DNA of 64,000 nucleotides from Antedon mediterranea (GCF_964355755.1 NC_092674.1:9858001-9922000); one strand, 5' to 3'; positions 36,001-46,799 are shown, counted from the first letter of the stretch. The notes: a model not told the origin generated them from the letters alone. A program made the numbers and translations.

Positions 36001-39000
36001 TGCCAATAAAAGTGTCAACTCAATGAAATTATTTATGTGTTCATATCTGTCAAATCAATTGATGTGTTTACATTTATTTTGTATTATTTAAGGCTAGTAA
36101 AAATCTCCTAAATCCGATAATGTCTTTAACAAACTGTTAGATCAATTGATCAATAATAGATAGATATCATTTGCAGGGAAAATGAAACTGACTATACAGT
36201 CAGACATTGACAGATTTATCCAACAATTTACGTACTGTATAGCTTAGTGCTTTAATGCAGGGGAAAAATGCCCTTTAAAGCTGGGTAGCTGCATTGAGGC
36301 CCGCTCATATTCTGGGGCCCCTGGGTTTAGCCAGTTTTTGCTCATAACCATTACATAGCCATTACAGTACATACAATTCACTAGATTTGCACTAGAGAAG
36401 TCTAGACATGGGTGTTGGATTGTACTGATACCTCAATGTTGTTTTGAGTAGGTGCTGTGTTAAAATTAGGCTGGGTAGAAGGCTTTAAAAGAAATTCTGG
36501 GCTTAGGTGGAAGACTTCAAAATAACCTCTGGACTAGGTTGGAGACTTTAAAATAACCTCTGGGCTAGGTGGAAGACTTTAAAATAAACTCTAGGCTAGG
36601 TGGAGGACTTTAAAATAACCTCTAGGCTAGGAGGAAGACTTTAAAATAAGCTCTGGGCTAGCTATGTTGAAGATTTTGAAATAATCTCTAGGCTAGGTGG
36701 AAGACTTTAAAACAAGCTCTAGGCTAAGTGGAAGACTTTGAATGTGGGTATCCACACCACCTCTTCCTAGCACAATTACATATTACAATTAATGTTTTAT
36801 AACTTAACATTTGCTCCATCAATTAAAAAATATCTCTTTATAAACCTTTATATATCATTGAATCATAGTTCATAATTTATTTAACAGTTCACTGGAGCTG
36901 GTCATAGGTTAATTCAAGTTCTAGATAGGAAATGGAAAGATATTAATATGCTACCTAAAATTAAAATTAATTTTACCAGGCCTTGCTTATACATTTTAGT
37001 TTCAAGGTTGGCTGTAAGGCCTAGCCTTAGAAGTGGACTAATCTGAATCATGGTCATTTGAAATTGAGCATAAACCAGGGCTGGATTCTCTGTCAAATAC
37101 AATAACATATTAAAATAGGAAGTTCAACCTGACAATGAGTCAATGACATCATAACATCTTGTCATTCATGCCACTGCACAACTTATCCCATGCCATGCAG
37201 TCATCTAATCAGCAATCTGAATACAGGAAACACAGGTGTTTTCTCAGCCATGGCCTATTTTTTTTTTTTTTTTAACTCCAATTATATTATATTGTTTATT
37301 CATTAATGACAGGTTATCAAGCTAAAATATTCTAATTTCTTTAATAAATGTCATCTAGACATAGATAAAGTTTATTGTCACATCTGTAAAATATTCAATG
37401 TGAGACTTGGCTCCTCATTACAATAAATTAAAACGTCTAGAAAAACATTATTACAGAAAAAAGATATATAAAAAAGTTGCAATATCAATAGGTTTAAAAA
37501 AATATGTCGTTAATGTTGTTAATGAATATGATCATTTAAACAATATTAATGTGAGAATTAAGTTATACAAACTAAACATTCAGCAAAATTTATTTAGTAT
37601 TTTAAATTTTTTTTATTTGACAAATAAGAGGAAACCATGGGTCAGTAATCAATCAATCAATCAATAATTTTTATTTCTCAAATAAAAACAAAAAACAGTT
37701 AACATTTTCTAAAAATAATAGATAATAAATGAGAAAAAGGGGTACCCCACAGGAAGCTTAAGCTTTAAAATGTGGGGTCCTGGCAACATAATTAAAGATA
37801 AGGTAAGGTAAGAAATATATATAATATATGATAATGAACATAAAAAGACATTTAACTTAACAAATGCAGTTATTATTTGACTTAAGACAGATATATGATC
37901 AACTTAAATATTAATAGTAGAAACAAGGTATTCATGTAGTTTGAACTTAAATGAAGATATAAAATTAATAATTTTAATTTCATCTGGTAAAGAATTCCAA
38001 ATTTTTGGTCCTTGAAAAGTTATATCATGCTTGCCCAACACAAAAGTGGATAAGGTACTATCTCTAGATAAAGATGAGTTATGATTTTAAAATGTACAAA
38101 TATGAAGAAGTACATTACATAGCTGTCAAAATTTATAGTTGTTTCCACTAGGCTCTGTTTTTTCCCCTCAATTCTATTGTCGATTTCAGCCTAATCACCT
38201 TATAGTGCAAGTTATTATTTTGAAAAAACAGTGTACAGAATAGAATCCAAGAACTGTTTCCTCTGTAGACTGTATTATATCCCTGTGCATAGAGCGATCT
38301 GTGCCAGGTAATATACTAACACCGTAATACTACGCCTGCTGTAGACACTTTGTCATTCATGAGTAACTTGGCGACTAGTCAACATGGAACTTAAGCGCGG
38401 AAGGATTTAATAGGAAACTGGGGCTTCGGGGAGGCAGTAGTGAAGCTAGACTTAAAGGGCAAGGAGTGTGCCAACAGCCTGCAAGCATTGAACTGATTAC
38501 CCTGAATTTACTGAGAGGGACTTTTTAGAAACCTCCCTGCTAGGGATACATAAATACTGTAGGCCTAACATCTGTTGCAAGGTGGCAACTTATAGGAGAA
38601 CTGTTGGAAAATAATGATTAAATATAGAAACACTTTTCATTACCATTTTTTCAAAATCAGTGGTGTAAACGCAGTGGGAAATGGCCCTTTGTTTAGACCT
38701 CCTAATGGGGTCTTGCAACACTGGGTAGTTGCATTGGGGCTGCTCATTCTCTGTGGCCCTGGGCTTACTGTAGCCAGTGAGCGCTTATGGCCGTTCTGAA
38801 TAAAATCTTTATTGAAAACAATGATTGTGATTATTAAGATTGACAATATAGTTGACCGGACATCCAATGCATGTATTATGTTATTTATCTCCACAGAGAA
38901 CTAAGCATACGGTCGACTGTGTCAATAAAACACTTTATTAGAAGCACAGTCGACCATGCTTATATAAAATATTAAATTACATGCATGGTTGATGGGGCCA

Positions 39001-42000
39001 TGACATGGTTTACCAGGCCATTGCCATAGTTACCAGTGTCAATAGTCATTTCGATTATCACTCCCTAAAACTAAGATCTCTCCCAAACCTCCAATATTAT
39101 AATTAATGTTATTATTTCTGTTCTTTATCACAGGTCCATTCATCAATGCAATATTCAACAAGCTAGACACTATGATGTCTAACTCGCTCTATGTCAACCT
39201 TTTGGTGACTGGTATCATCACAAGATTAGCCTACTATCCCCAGCCACTGATAAGATCATTTGTTCTGAATACCAATATTATTATGCAGCCAAGTGTTCGC
39301 TCTATGATTCAGGTTTGTTATCTTGATAAAGTTTATATGTTGAACTTTTACTGAAACCACCATTAACCACAAAAAACATATGATTGATTGATTGAATTTA
39401 TTTGATGCTCAACATTAAAATAACAAACAGACAAAAGACAAAATAACGAGCATCAGGAACACTCATTAGGCCGGAAAAACCAGCCCATTTCCAATGGGGT
39501 CCAAAGTGCCTATTATCTTAACAAATCTTTGTAGACTTCTACTATGTTAGTGTATTTATGTTTTTGTTTACGTGTTTAATACACCATGGTAGAAGGTATG
39601 CTTTATTCAACAATATAATAAAATAATATGCAAGTAAAAAAATGATAAACCGGTATAAAAGCCTTAAGAATTTTTCCCAGGCCGTATAATGTTAAAACAT
39701 TTCCCCATGTTTGTTTCACAGATAAGTGTCCTTTTAATAGGGATGTTCCAAATGATAACGATACTATAATAGTACAGCTTAATATAAAACAGTATATATA
39801 AACATTGAAATTTAGACCTACCAATAATAACATATGAATTTAATTTAATTTTCATCATATGAACCTCTATGGTGGAAGCAAAGCGAAGCATAGAGTGTGC
39901 AAATAATAGTACACTTTGTATTTATTATCTTACTGTTTTGTTGACAAATCTGTACATTAAAGTTCACATTACTCAAACTGAGTTGACTAGTTTTGTGTCA
40001 ACCAATGTATTTGCTCACATGATTGATAACTTTGAGTTCTGATAAGATAAGTTTAATTGTTCAATAGATACTTTAACCATATGTATACGAGTGCCTGTTA
40101 AAAAGCCACCAAAAGAAAGAAGTGTATAACGTTTAAACTTATAACCTTTTTATATTTGCTGCATGAAATGTTACAAATTTAATAATCTTTTGAAGCTTTT
40201 TCGTCTTTTCAATACAAATAATTGAATGATATAACATAGTAGTTAACTCTGGTCCCCCACCCGCAACCAATCCCCTTCCCCCTTTCCCAGTTTTCAGATG
40301 TTTTTATAGGCCCATCTTCACACAGGCTAGAGAAACCATACAATTAAAATATCTTATCTGAGTGAATACCACTACAGCAATGAGTGAGTGGCCAAGCGGT
40401 TAAGACAGTGGAACCGTAATTACGTAGCCATAACATCGGCAAGGGTTCGAGGCTCACTCACTCCATGGTTCTGGTGGTAGAACGAGTCTTCTCGGATAAG
40501 GACTATAAACCGTAGGTCCAGTGTACATATCTAGCTCGTGTGCACTTTAAAGAACCTAGTACATCTTTCGAGACGAATAGGGGGTTACCCCGGTGTATTA
40601 GTACATCACAGCCACTGATCACCAACTGGGCCCTCTGGGAGACCAGTCTTTGACTGAAGAGGTTACCCAGTATAAATATATATTTCAATCAATCAATTTC
40701 AATTCAATCACTTGATGAATATAGCCACTGAAAATAAACTTAAAAGAAATCTAAATTTCATGAGTTTAGAATTCGTTCTGTTAGACTTTTAATGCTATTT
40801 TTTATTTTGATCACTAATTTTTTTCATTGCAGGTTTTAAGCTCAGTTCGAAATAAGTTGGATAGCTATGCAGGCACTGTTGACAATTTTGAGTACCTTCT
40901 GTTACGAGCCAAACGATATCTGTTTGCCCGAGAAGAGCTGGCATTCTCCACCCAACGTGGACGAGTATTCACGTTGAGGGAGGACCACTTCAGAGAAGAA
41001 CCTCCAAAAAAAAGTTCAACGTTGGATTCAAACGCCAACAAATGTACGTATTCCATTTTATTTTGTGCCTAGCTTACCTGGATAAACCAATAATAGCCAG
41101 TGCTCTCCTGAAGGAGAGCTATGATATGAAAATTATGACGGTGGTTTGTTGGGGTGTGTCAATGTGTTTTTCTTGTTGGTGTTGGAATAGTCTATTAGTG
41201 CAGAGGGGTGCTCAATGAACTTTATTATTTTGTCTTATTTGTATTATTTTTGCTCTCCCTCGGGACAGTGTTGGCTATGTAATGCATCCAGGTAAGCTAG
41301 GCCTGATTAGACCACTAATACTGCTGTTCTTTGCAGAGTAATGTCATCACAGAGTTTAAATACCCTTTTCATAAAATTATAAATTCAGCATTATTCAAAA
41401 GCACTACCATTACAATTCTCAAATTAATTCCAGTGCATTGAAGGATATGCATAAATAAATGAAAGTTCTGTTTATAATATGTTTTTTTTAATGTCATCGT
41501 TAAAGCAAGCTTTCATAAATGAGCTACAAATAGTTGACTAAGGTGTGGAGTATGTGACATATTTCAAGACTGATGAAATAGTAGTTTTTAACATCCAGGC
41601 AACCACACCTGTTGTTAATGATCTAGATCAATAGTTCAAATCAACTATTTTAATATTAAGAATTAAAATTATTAATATTAGATTATGAAATGGCTTGCCC
41701 TATTTTATGTTAAAAGTGTGTTGTAGGCCTACAGGGTTTAGGACTTGCTAGGCTGCCTTATATGGTCGCCCTTGAATTGGTGCAACATGTTTACGCACGC
41801 AATTAAAATCTGATGATGAATGATTAAAGTTTGAACCATAGAATGTATTTCCCCTGGCCTTAACACAAAAACAAGGATTGAAAAAAATACTAATTATCTA
41901 TATTGTGACATTTATGTAAAGAAACTGTAGTAAATAAACCATAACTTTTTAAATTGTTTTATTTTTCTAGCACGAAAATTAAGCATCACTGATCTGTTCC

Positions 42001-42236
42001 GCAGAGGAAAACGCAACAAATCTGTAAAAGCATCTGAAAAACAAAAACTCAAGTCAATCAAGGATGTTGAGAAAAACAAACAGGATTCAAAGGATCCGAG
42101 ATATGAGACGTTACGCACGAAGAACGCTGTTTACTGTGCTGTGGTGTTTGAAGAATTCTTAAAGGAACTGTCCGCTATCTGCCATGAACATGCAGTTTTC
42201 AACATGGAAGCCATGACCCTCAAACTGCCTCTGTAA
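5283..42236 (+). CDS. FHIP1B: FHF complex subunit HOOK-interacting protein 1 (FAM160A family), whole gene span, 9 coding exons, 1236 aa
   Basis: join(5283-6047,8166-8324,13220-13306,24095-24262,32131-32210,33289-35084,39134-39312,40833-41043,41971-42236) = 3711 nt. All introns are GT-AG, phases are consistent and there is no internal stop. Family motifs: VFINHWKQ, FLIFSLLIPYVHREG..GQQARDALLLC, VLATGLGALYSRLP, NAVYCAVVFEEFLKELSAI. Probably co-orthologous to vertebrate FHIP1A and FHIP1B. Confidence 0.95.
6325..6806 (-). mobile_element. 5'-truncated CR1/L2-group LINE: ORF2 C-terminus plus 3' UTR
   Basis: KRALRIIYGMNYVSYESALKLSDLPSLVNRRVQLLLKF...RTERFRSSPVPFLVRFIN*, with a 3' stem-loop cagcc-aaaa-ggctg at about 6363-6376 and an AT-rich tail. 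Confidence 0.8.
8166..8324 (+). CDS. FHIP1B: FHIP1 coding exon 2
   Basis: ttcag|GTT...CAG|gtactg; VLATGLGALYSRLPRKLVIDVDHWHSLTRDDWVKIPELVHFLNSLEFCNAVVQ; 159 nt, phase 0/0. Not in the ORF track. Confidence 0.95.
8833..10735. mobile_element. About 1.9-kb non-autonomous DNA transposon flanked by TA
   Basis: Imperfect TIRs CAGTACAGATAA..TACTGCAACATTTG..ACGCGTAG at both ends, subterminal CTACG(CGTAG) repeats, CpG-rich interior, no recognisable transposase. Confidence 0.8.
10811..11690. mobile_element. PIF/Harbinger-type internally deleted element with Myb/SANT-like ORF fragment
   Basis: 37-bp perfect TIR GGGTATGTTCAGACTCACGGAGTTACGGTGGAGTTAT flanked by TTA/TAA. The 11126-11290(+) ORF encodes MKRVTWKSTDVADLISLWGSPEFIDKI...NKMAVFKEIASKL, a trihelix/Myb-SANT-like pattern. 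Confidence 0.85.
13220..13306 (+). CDS. FHIP1B: FHIP1 coding exon 3
   Basis: ttacag|GTA...CAG|gtaggt; VSHPLVSDQLVQFFHDGFLVPVIGPALHQ; 87 nt, phase 0/0. Confidence 0.95.
14468..14484 (+). CDS. Candidate alternative microexon A of FHIP1 (17 nt)
   Basis: Strong polypyrimidine tract and ctgcag acceptor, weak donor CT|gtataa. It is frame-preserving only together with 16830-16863. Confidence 0.3.
15950..16850 (+). repeat. 166-bp tandem repeat, about 5.3 copies
   Basis: ttccag recurs with its G at 15990, 16159, 16325, 16491, 16657 and 16829. The central copies are almost identical. Confidence 0.95.
16830..16863 (+). CDS. Candidate alternative microexon B of FHIP1 (34 nt)
   Basis: ttttccag|A GGT AAT GTT GAT CCT GCA GAC TCT GAC AAC GTG|gtaggt (GNVDPADSDNV). 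It ends in phase 0, matching the next exon. Confidence 0.4.
17799..18110 (-). mobile_element. tRNA-derived SINE with Deu/Nin-like central domain
   Basis: Reverse complement of 40381-40710 with few differences; A/B boxes and CAAT tail. Confidence 0.9.
18600..18933. mobile_element. TTAA-flanked non-autonomous DNA transposon (Kolobok-like)
   Basis: TTAA|AGATGTATTGTCCCCC...GGGGGACAATACATCT|TTAA. A solo right end also occurs at 22382-22400. Confidence 0.85.
18987..19305. mobile_element. Palindrome-bearing element, Crypton-derivative-like
   Basis: About 75-bp arms (19138-19213 / 19227-19299) around the loop tcggctttgcctc, ends tattatata...tataata, no TIR/TSD. The family call is from pattern recall. 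Confidence 0.65.
21491..21691. repeat. About 200-bp imperfect palindrome (foldback MITE); related sequence at about 21320-21460, 17320-17520 and 43063-43290
   Basis: ttaatattatgaagtaaaggtcac...tgtaatgtaaaggatcat mirrors atgatcctttacattaca...gtgacctttacatcataatattaa. Confidence 0.75.
22811..23471 (+). mobile_element. Helentron-associated non-autonomous element (HINE/DINE-like)
   Basis: Starts tttACCTCCGCCAAtGAGGT, then a (GTTT)n microsatellite, and ends GGCGGAAGTatgCACTttcggAGTGgctttctagtt (subTIR plus 3' hairpin) in T-rich flanks. Confidence 0.8.
23580..23990 (-). mobile_element. LINE 3' end relic; opposite-orientation tail at about 31065-31192
   Basis: 'ggcagaatcccaagatgaaaatcttgtggcaggatt' is the reverse complement (imperfect) of 'aatcccgccacatgagtttcatcttactgggattctgcc'. 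Both lie next to AATAAA-type tails. Confidence 0.55.
24095..24262 (+). CDS. FHIP1B: FHIP1 coding exon 4
   Basis: ttcacag|ATT...AGG|gtaagt; ISVEETIAATAYVELFLRSITEPSLMRVFLRFI...ILDSLISRIGSNSR; 168 nt, phase 0/0. Confidence 0.95.
24912..26030. repeat. Compound minisatellite: 45-bp unit (about 12 copies, to about 25480) followed by a degenerate 25-29-bp pyrimidine-rich unit
   Basis: Unit tacaatttgagttgaactctaccttttggcttcttcgtttcccta, then (cctctacctttttggcttcttgttttt)n. Confidence 0.97.
27954..29123 (-). mobile_element. Second HINE copy, inverted, internally deleted and carrying a nested MITE
   Basis: Reverse complement of 22811-23471 over several hundred bp with the same termini. Confidence 0.85.
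28036..28661. mobile_element. Tc1/mariner (pogo/Tigger-like) MITE in a (TA)n run
   Basis: Perfect 25-bp TIR CCGTACTGACGCGGGTATAAGCCCA, TA on both sides, internal repeats of cgggtataagccc. The empty TA run is visible in the other HINE copy at about 23378-23392. Confidence 0.92.
32131..32210 (+). CDS. FHIP1B: FHIP1 coding exon 5
   Basis: ttgcag|CTT...AG|gtacag; LCLVTLSLFYTLLDLNCEDVMMQLIL(R); 80 nt, phase 0/2. Confidence 0.95.
32274..32450. mobile_element. Palindromic MITE with internal 21-bp tandem (caaatatggtagtgatatgct)
   Basis: Ends taaagc..tgtctacactatcaaa / tttgatagtgtagacagagcttta. Confidence 0.8.
33289..35084 (+). CDS. FHIP1B: FHIP1 coding exon 6 (1796 nt, long Ser-rich disordered region)
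   Basis: ttatag|A CAC...ACA G|gtaagt; HLVPCTHLMVSQRKSVKDVD...KFLSLSPDCC and EYLQDA...C..WSAPYDGENP family motifs; phase 2/1. Confidence 0.93.
35429..35568. mobile_element. hAT-like MITE; degenerate inverted copies at about 36255-36363 and 38657-38798
   Basis: 13-bp TIR CAATGGCGTAATG and degenerate 8-bp TSD agtaatag/agcaatat. The core aatgcagctacccag is reverse-complemented in the other two copies. Confidence 0.75.
36465..36740. repeat. 31-bp minisatellite, about 8 copies
   Basis: Unit approximately ctctaggctaggtggaagactttaaaataac. Confidence 0.9.
37648..38100 (-). mobile_element. L2/CR1-group LINE 3' relic
   Basis: Minus strand reads FQGPKIWNSLPDEIK at about 37975-38017, followed by a GC-rich 3' hairpin (cccca...tgggg) and (ATTG)n tail. 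Confidence 0.75.
39134..39312 (+). CDS. FHIP1B: FHIP1 coding exon 7
   Basis: cacag|GT CCA...CAG|gtttgt; GPFINAIFNKLDTMMSNSLYVNLLVTGIITRLAYYPQPLIRSFVLNTNIIMQPSVRSMIQ; phase 1/0. Confidence 0.95.
40381..40710 (+). mobile_element. tRNA-derived SINE with Deu/Nin-like central domain
   Basis: A box TGGCCAAGCGG (40389), B box GGTTCGAGGC (40444), core ggataaggactataaaccgtaggtcc...gcactttaaagaacc...taggggg ttaccccgg and (CAAT)n tail. Confidence 0.9.
40833..41043 (+). CDS. FHIP1B: FHIP1 coding exon 8
   Basis: ttgcag|GTT...AAA T|gtacgt; VLSSVRNKLDSYAGTVDNFEYLLLRAKRYLFARE...; phase 0/1. Confidence 0.9.
41067..41302. mobile_element. MITE with 17-bp inverted ends GCCTAGCTTACCTGGAT; partial copy from about 61415
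   Basis: gcctagcttacctggat (41067-41083) pairs perfectly with atccaggtaagctaggc (41286-41302). Confidence 0.8.
41971..42236 (+). CDS. FHIP1B: FHIP1 last coding exon
   Basis: ttctag|CA CGA...; ETLRTKNAVYCAVVFEEFLKELSAICHEHAV...LPL*, TAA at 42234-42236. Not in the ORF track. Confidence 0.95.
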
Positions 42237-43943
42237 TGCATGATGGGTAAAATTGTTCACTCAACCATACGCTTTGTTTTTTTTCTCATTTAAATGAAAT
42301 ACAAATGGGTTTCAATCATGTTTTAGTCTTGTTTGAAAAAGAAAATGTACAATTTTGTCAAGTAGCTGTATGACACATTCCAAGAATGAACACTGGTAAT
42401 AATAAAACCACACTAAACTGAAAGCAGTACTCAATAAACCATTTAAACTTCTTTTTGGGATGTTTTTTTTTTATTACAATATTTCCATACACTTTGTACA
42501 ACCTTGAATTTTTCTTCTTGTCATAGATGTGTTTAAGTTCACAGCAGATAAGTTTATTCTTTCATAATTTGGCTATACTTTTTATTATTCTTCATATTAG
42601 ATTTTTTTTTGTGGAATATACTTCTTTTTTAATACATTTTATATTGATTTGATTTGATTTTTTCTGGGTTTTAATATGATTTAAAAGTTTAGGAAATCCT
42701 TAATATTGAACTGATAATTTTTACTGTATACAAATGAAATTTGGATCCAAAACACATCATAATATACTCTTCAATTGCCATCTGAGGGCGCTATTTCATT
42801 TTAAGGGGGTGTGGCATGCTTTGTAGTGTCTGCCTACATACAGTCCAACCCAATGGTGGAGTTGTTGACATATAATGTATACATGATAACCAGTGCATTA
42901 TATATCTAAACCTATTAACTGTATGTGCCTTCTTTCTATAGTCAGTCTTTAGGATTAAGTCTAATCTAGGATTAACTTTAATCTATGCACTGGGTATCAA
43001 TACTTAATCCTTAATAATCACCTTGATACAACTTTCTGTAATGTATTCTTTACTATTTATCATAAGGGATCATGTTAAAATGATTCTACTGCAGTTAGTG
43101 ACGTAACTTCTATTTTTTATTGGAGTAACTATTGAGAACAAATACATTTTCCACCATTTATAAGGCAGTCACTGCAATAAACAATGTATGATTACCAAAT
43201 ATAAATGCTATATTATTGCATAAACAGGTTAAAGGGTGAACAAAATATAGTTATTACTGCAATAAATCATAATTTTGACATGGTCCATATGATACAGTGA
43301 TAGACATATAGACATATAGAAATCACTTTATACAGAGTGTACTATACAGCCAAAATCAAATTGTACATACTGTATATCAAGCATAATATTGATGTTATTC
43401 CAGTGACACACCCAAAGGAAGCTTATAGTATTAACTCCTCCCCCGCTCTCCTATATTTTGTTATCTTAAACATTGCCTAAATCATGAAAGGGAGATTATT
43501 TTAAATTTTGAACATGGAATTGTACTCTTTGGTCAAATATGGTCTATTTAAAATATTAGTTTCATTTAGAAATTACGAATTATGTTTTACCTAGGTAAGT
43601 ATCAATTTAGAATTGAAATAATACTTCTGTTAAAAATGACATTTTTTATAAAAAAATACTGAATAATAGCTTCACTATCTGTAAATGTTTTACTCCAATA
43701 TTTAATTTTCCCTATATGCAGTTGTAGTGCTCCTTAATAAACAGATTTAAAGTTGTTATAAATGTAATATTAAATGTATTACTGAATATAGTGCACTTTT
43801 TTAATCATTAAAGAGGCTTATACTATTTAGTATAGTACATTAAGGTATTCTGTAGAATTTGTTTTTAAATACATCTAGTCAATTTTACTTATTGATAATT
43901 AATTTGCTGTTGCTTTTTTAAATATTATTGTAATGATTTCTAA

Positions 43944-44093
43944 AGACTGGTTCCCACTTGGAAGCAACGCAAGAACATAGGCGCAACATAAGTGAGTTGA
44001 CCAATCACAATTTGGCCAATCCATCGCATCATGATTGGTCAAACTACCTGGTTCGCTTATGTCCTTTTGTTGCGTCCAAGTGCAAACCAAGCT
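43944..44093. mobile_element. Harbinger-like palindromic MITE downstream of the FHIP1 stop codon
   Basis: TAA|agactggttcccacttggaagcaac...gttgcgtccaagtgcaaaccaagct|TTA with an internal ttgaccaatca/tgattggtcaa inverted pair. Confidence 0.7.
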
Positions 44094-46022
44094 TTAGCAC
44101 TCTCTGTAGCAATTCTGTAATATGGAGATAGCAATTTGTATTTGCAGTATGCTTGTCACCTTATATGTGGTCTTTGTTTCTTCCTCAATTAATCAGTACT
44201 CACTGCGATACATTGTAGTCCACAAACATCATATTTTGTACCGTATATGTAACATATTTTACTACATACCGATTGGCCCTTATATGTCTGTGCTGTACCG
44301 CCTAACCATGGTAACTTAATAGTTATTCATCTGAAGGGTAGTTATTTAAATGGGTACAGAAAAGTTATAGGAATGTGACATAGTCATTGGTTGATGTTTG
44401 TTAGCTCGGTAAAGGTACTTGAAAAGGCAAGCATGTACAATCTTCTGTGCTTTTTATAGAATTTGAATAATGATTTTAAATTGCGTAATAACTGTTTTTG
44501 ATGTATTATACTGTAACAACTTTACTTTTAATCAACTGATTTTATCTTTTAATTATTGGTTTTAATATTTTTGGTGTGTGGAAATTATCTAATTTTTATT
44601 TAGTATAATCAAATTATATATTTTATTTCCTTTTACATAATATGTGAGGTTTTTAGACGGATAATGTAAAACCTTGAAAAGAAGCCAATGGGCTTATTTT
44701 GTTGAGAAATCTTGGGTGGGCTTCTTTTCGAGGTTTTACAATAACTAACACTGAAATGATTATTGTCTTCAAAATGTTTTCTTTTAAAGTATATCTTTTG
44801 GTTTGGTATATAACTAAAGTTATGAAATGTGATTGCTGTTGTATAAAATAATTTGTTTTAATTGTAAAATGGAATAGTATATTTTAAATATCTTTTTTCT
44901 ATTAGGCTCTTATACAATACTTAATGATGATGTTTAAATACATTTGAAAAAGTAGCCTTAAAAATATTGTCTTTTTACTACCTTGAATTATTGGATAAGT
45001 GTTCTGACAATAGTGTGCTTTATAATGTAAGTTCGCCATTTTGTGTCCTATGACAACCTGGTTTATTGTGATAGAGCATGCCATTTTGTGTCCTATGACA
45101 ATTTGTTTTATTTTGATTGAGTATGCTTTTTGTGACCTCTGATAACTTGGTTTATTCTGATGTAGCATGTCATTTCACCGAATCTTCTTTACTGTATCTA
45201 TTATGTTTATAGTGTCACTGGCAAATTCTCTAATACAGTGTCACATATGTATCACATGTGGTTCCTGTATTATGCCAGGCTTATGTCCTATGATACAGGT
45301 GCGATACATATGTGAAACTGAATCATAGAATTTTACTATAATACTGTACTATTATAGATACAGTACTAGCCATTTTGTGTCCTATGACAATTTGGTACAT
45401 TCTGATAGAACATACCATTTTGTTGTATTGAGGTGGGGCAGAGGTTTATACATTAATTGGTTTATATACACACTGTATAATGGCAAACTCAATAGCACTG
45501 TATCAATGTATTTTGTTTGTTTGCAAAAGCTAATAGCCAGGCTAATAATTGACTTAGAGCATAGAATATAAAAATGTGAATATTGATGTGAATAAATCTA
45601 TTTTTTTAATAAGGATTAAACAAAATTATGACTATAAACAGCACACACAGTACTTACTCAGTACTGTAAATTAACTTACTGAAATTAAAAATGGATAGAT
45701 ATTACTATAATACTATCAACTGTAAATATATAAAAGCTACCCATAGCACAAGTGTCCTTAGATTTAAACAAATATAGTTTTTATGAATGTTGATATAACT
45801 TGGTACAATATGTACCATACTATAGTTTGTAAAATGGAGAGTTCTTTTGTAAATAGTTGTAAATATAATATAAACGTTTTTAATTCATAACAATTTCATA
45901 ACTATTTTATGATAAGTCTGTGGCATTTGCCTGGTAAGTGGATACAATGGGGGTGCAGTATGATACAGTACCAAATCGCTATGTTTGTGTGTGAGTGATT
46001 TTCAAAAATTGTGTCTTCACCA

Positions 46023-46070
46023 AATAAACTTTAAAAGGAAAAATGTGTTTTATCTGTTTTACTGTCTACT
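46023..46070 (+). terminator. Candidate distal poly(A) signal of FHIP1
   Basis: AATAAA at 46023-46028 followed by a GT/T-rich tract. Other AATAAA sites occur earlier (about 42401, 42433, 45591), so the used site is uncertain. Confidence 0.35.
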
Positions 46071-46799
46071 GACTGGAAGATCGTTAATATATTACCTATG
46101 TAATCCAACAATGTTATGTAATTAATCTACAAAATAATGGCAAGCCCACCCTCTACCTCCCTAGCCTTGACTTAAATTTGATTTTTCATGTTTTCCATGT
46201 TCTTGTCTAGTTTCTGTTGCTCTCCTCTTCTTCAAAATTGTCCTTTCTTTTAATGCATGCTGCCAGTTTTAATACATTAGATTTGTTTCTATATTTTCTT
46301 AATGATGAATTTAACATTTGTATACTGTAGTTCTAAATAATGGAAACGCATCTCATACGTCTCCTTATTTTAAATTAGTTTAATAGTAGGTAGGAAAATT
46401 AAGCTTTTTATGTGTCTACCGCCCTCTTTTCTTTGACACAGCTTTTCGTATATGTGCCAAAGTCGACCTCCCCGCTGATTGTGAAAAAAGAAGTTAATAT
46501 GTTTTAGTAGTTTATTATTATTACGTTTACGCGTTATAATTTTACGAAAGTAATGTTGGACAGTGATTATGTTGATCATAAACGTAAAACAATGTATTTT
46601 GATGTCAGTAATACTATGCTTGCCGCCCTCTATAACAACTTCTTTCTTAATTCGTCTCTGGAGTTTTAATTGATATAAGAAACAATGTAAAGTGATATAT
46701 GAGCGAATTCACATCATCATGATGTGATTAATTGATTTGCTAAGGTTGTATCATTGTTGAGATTTAAATTATTTCGTAGAAAAATAAAATAAATTCTTA

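Noticed and set aside
40381-40465. tRNA gene
   Set aside because: A and B boxes are present, but there is no clean cloverleaf and the sequence continues into a SINE body and tail. The same applies to 52678.
41072-41082. U1 snRNA gene (CTTACCTGG)
   Set aside because: Only the first few bases match and the rest is a MITE TIR.
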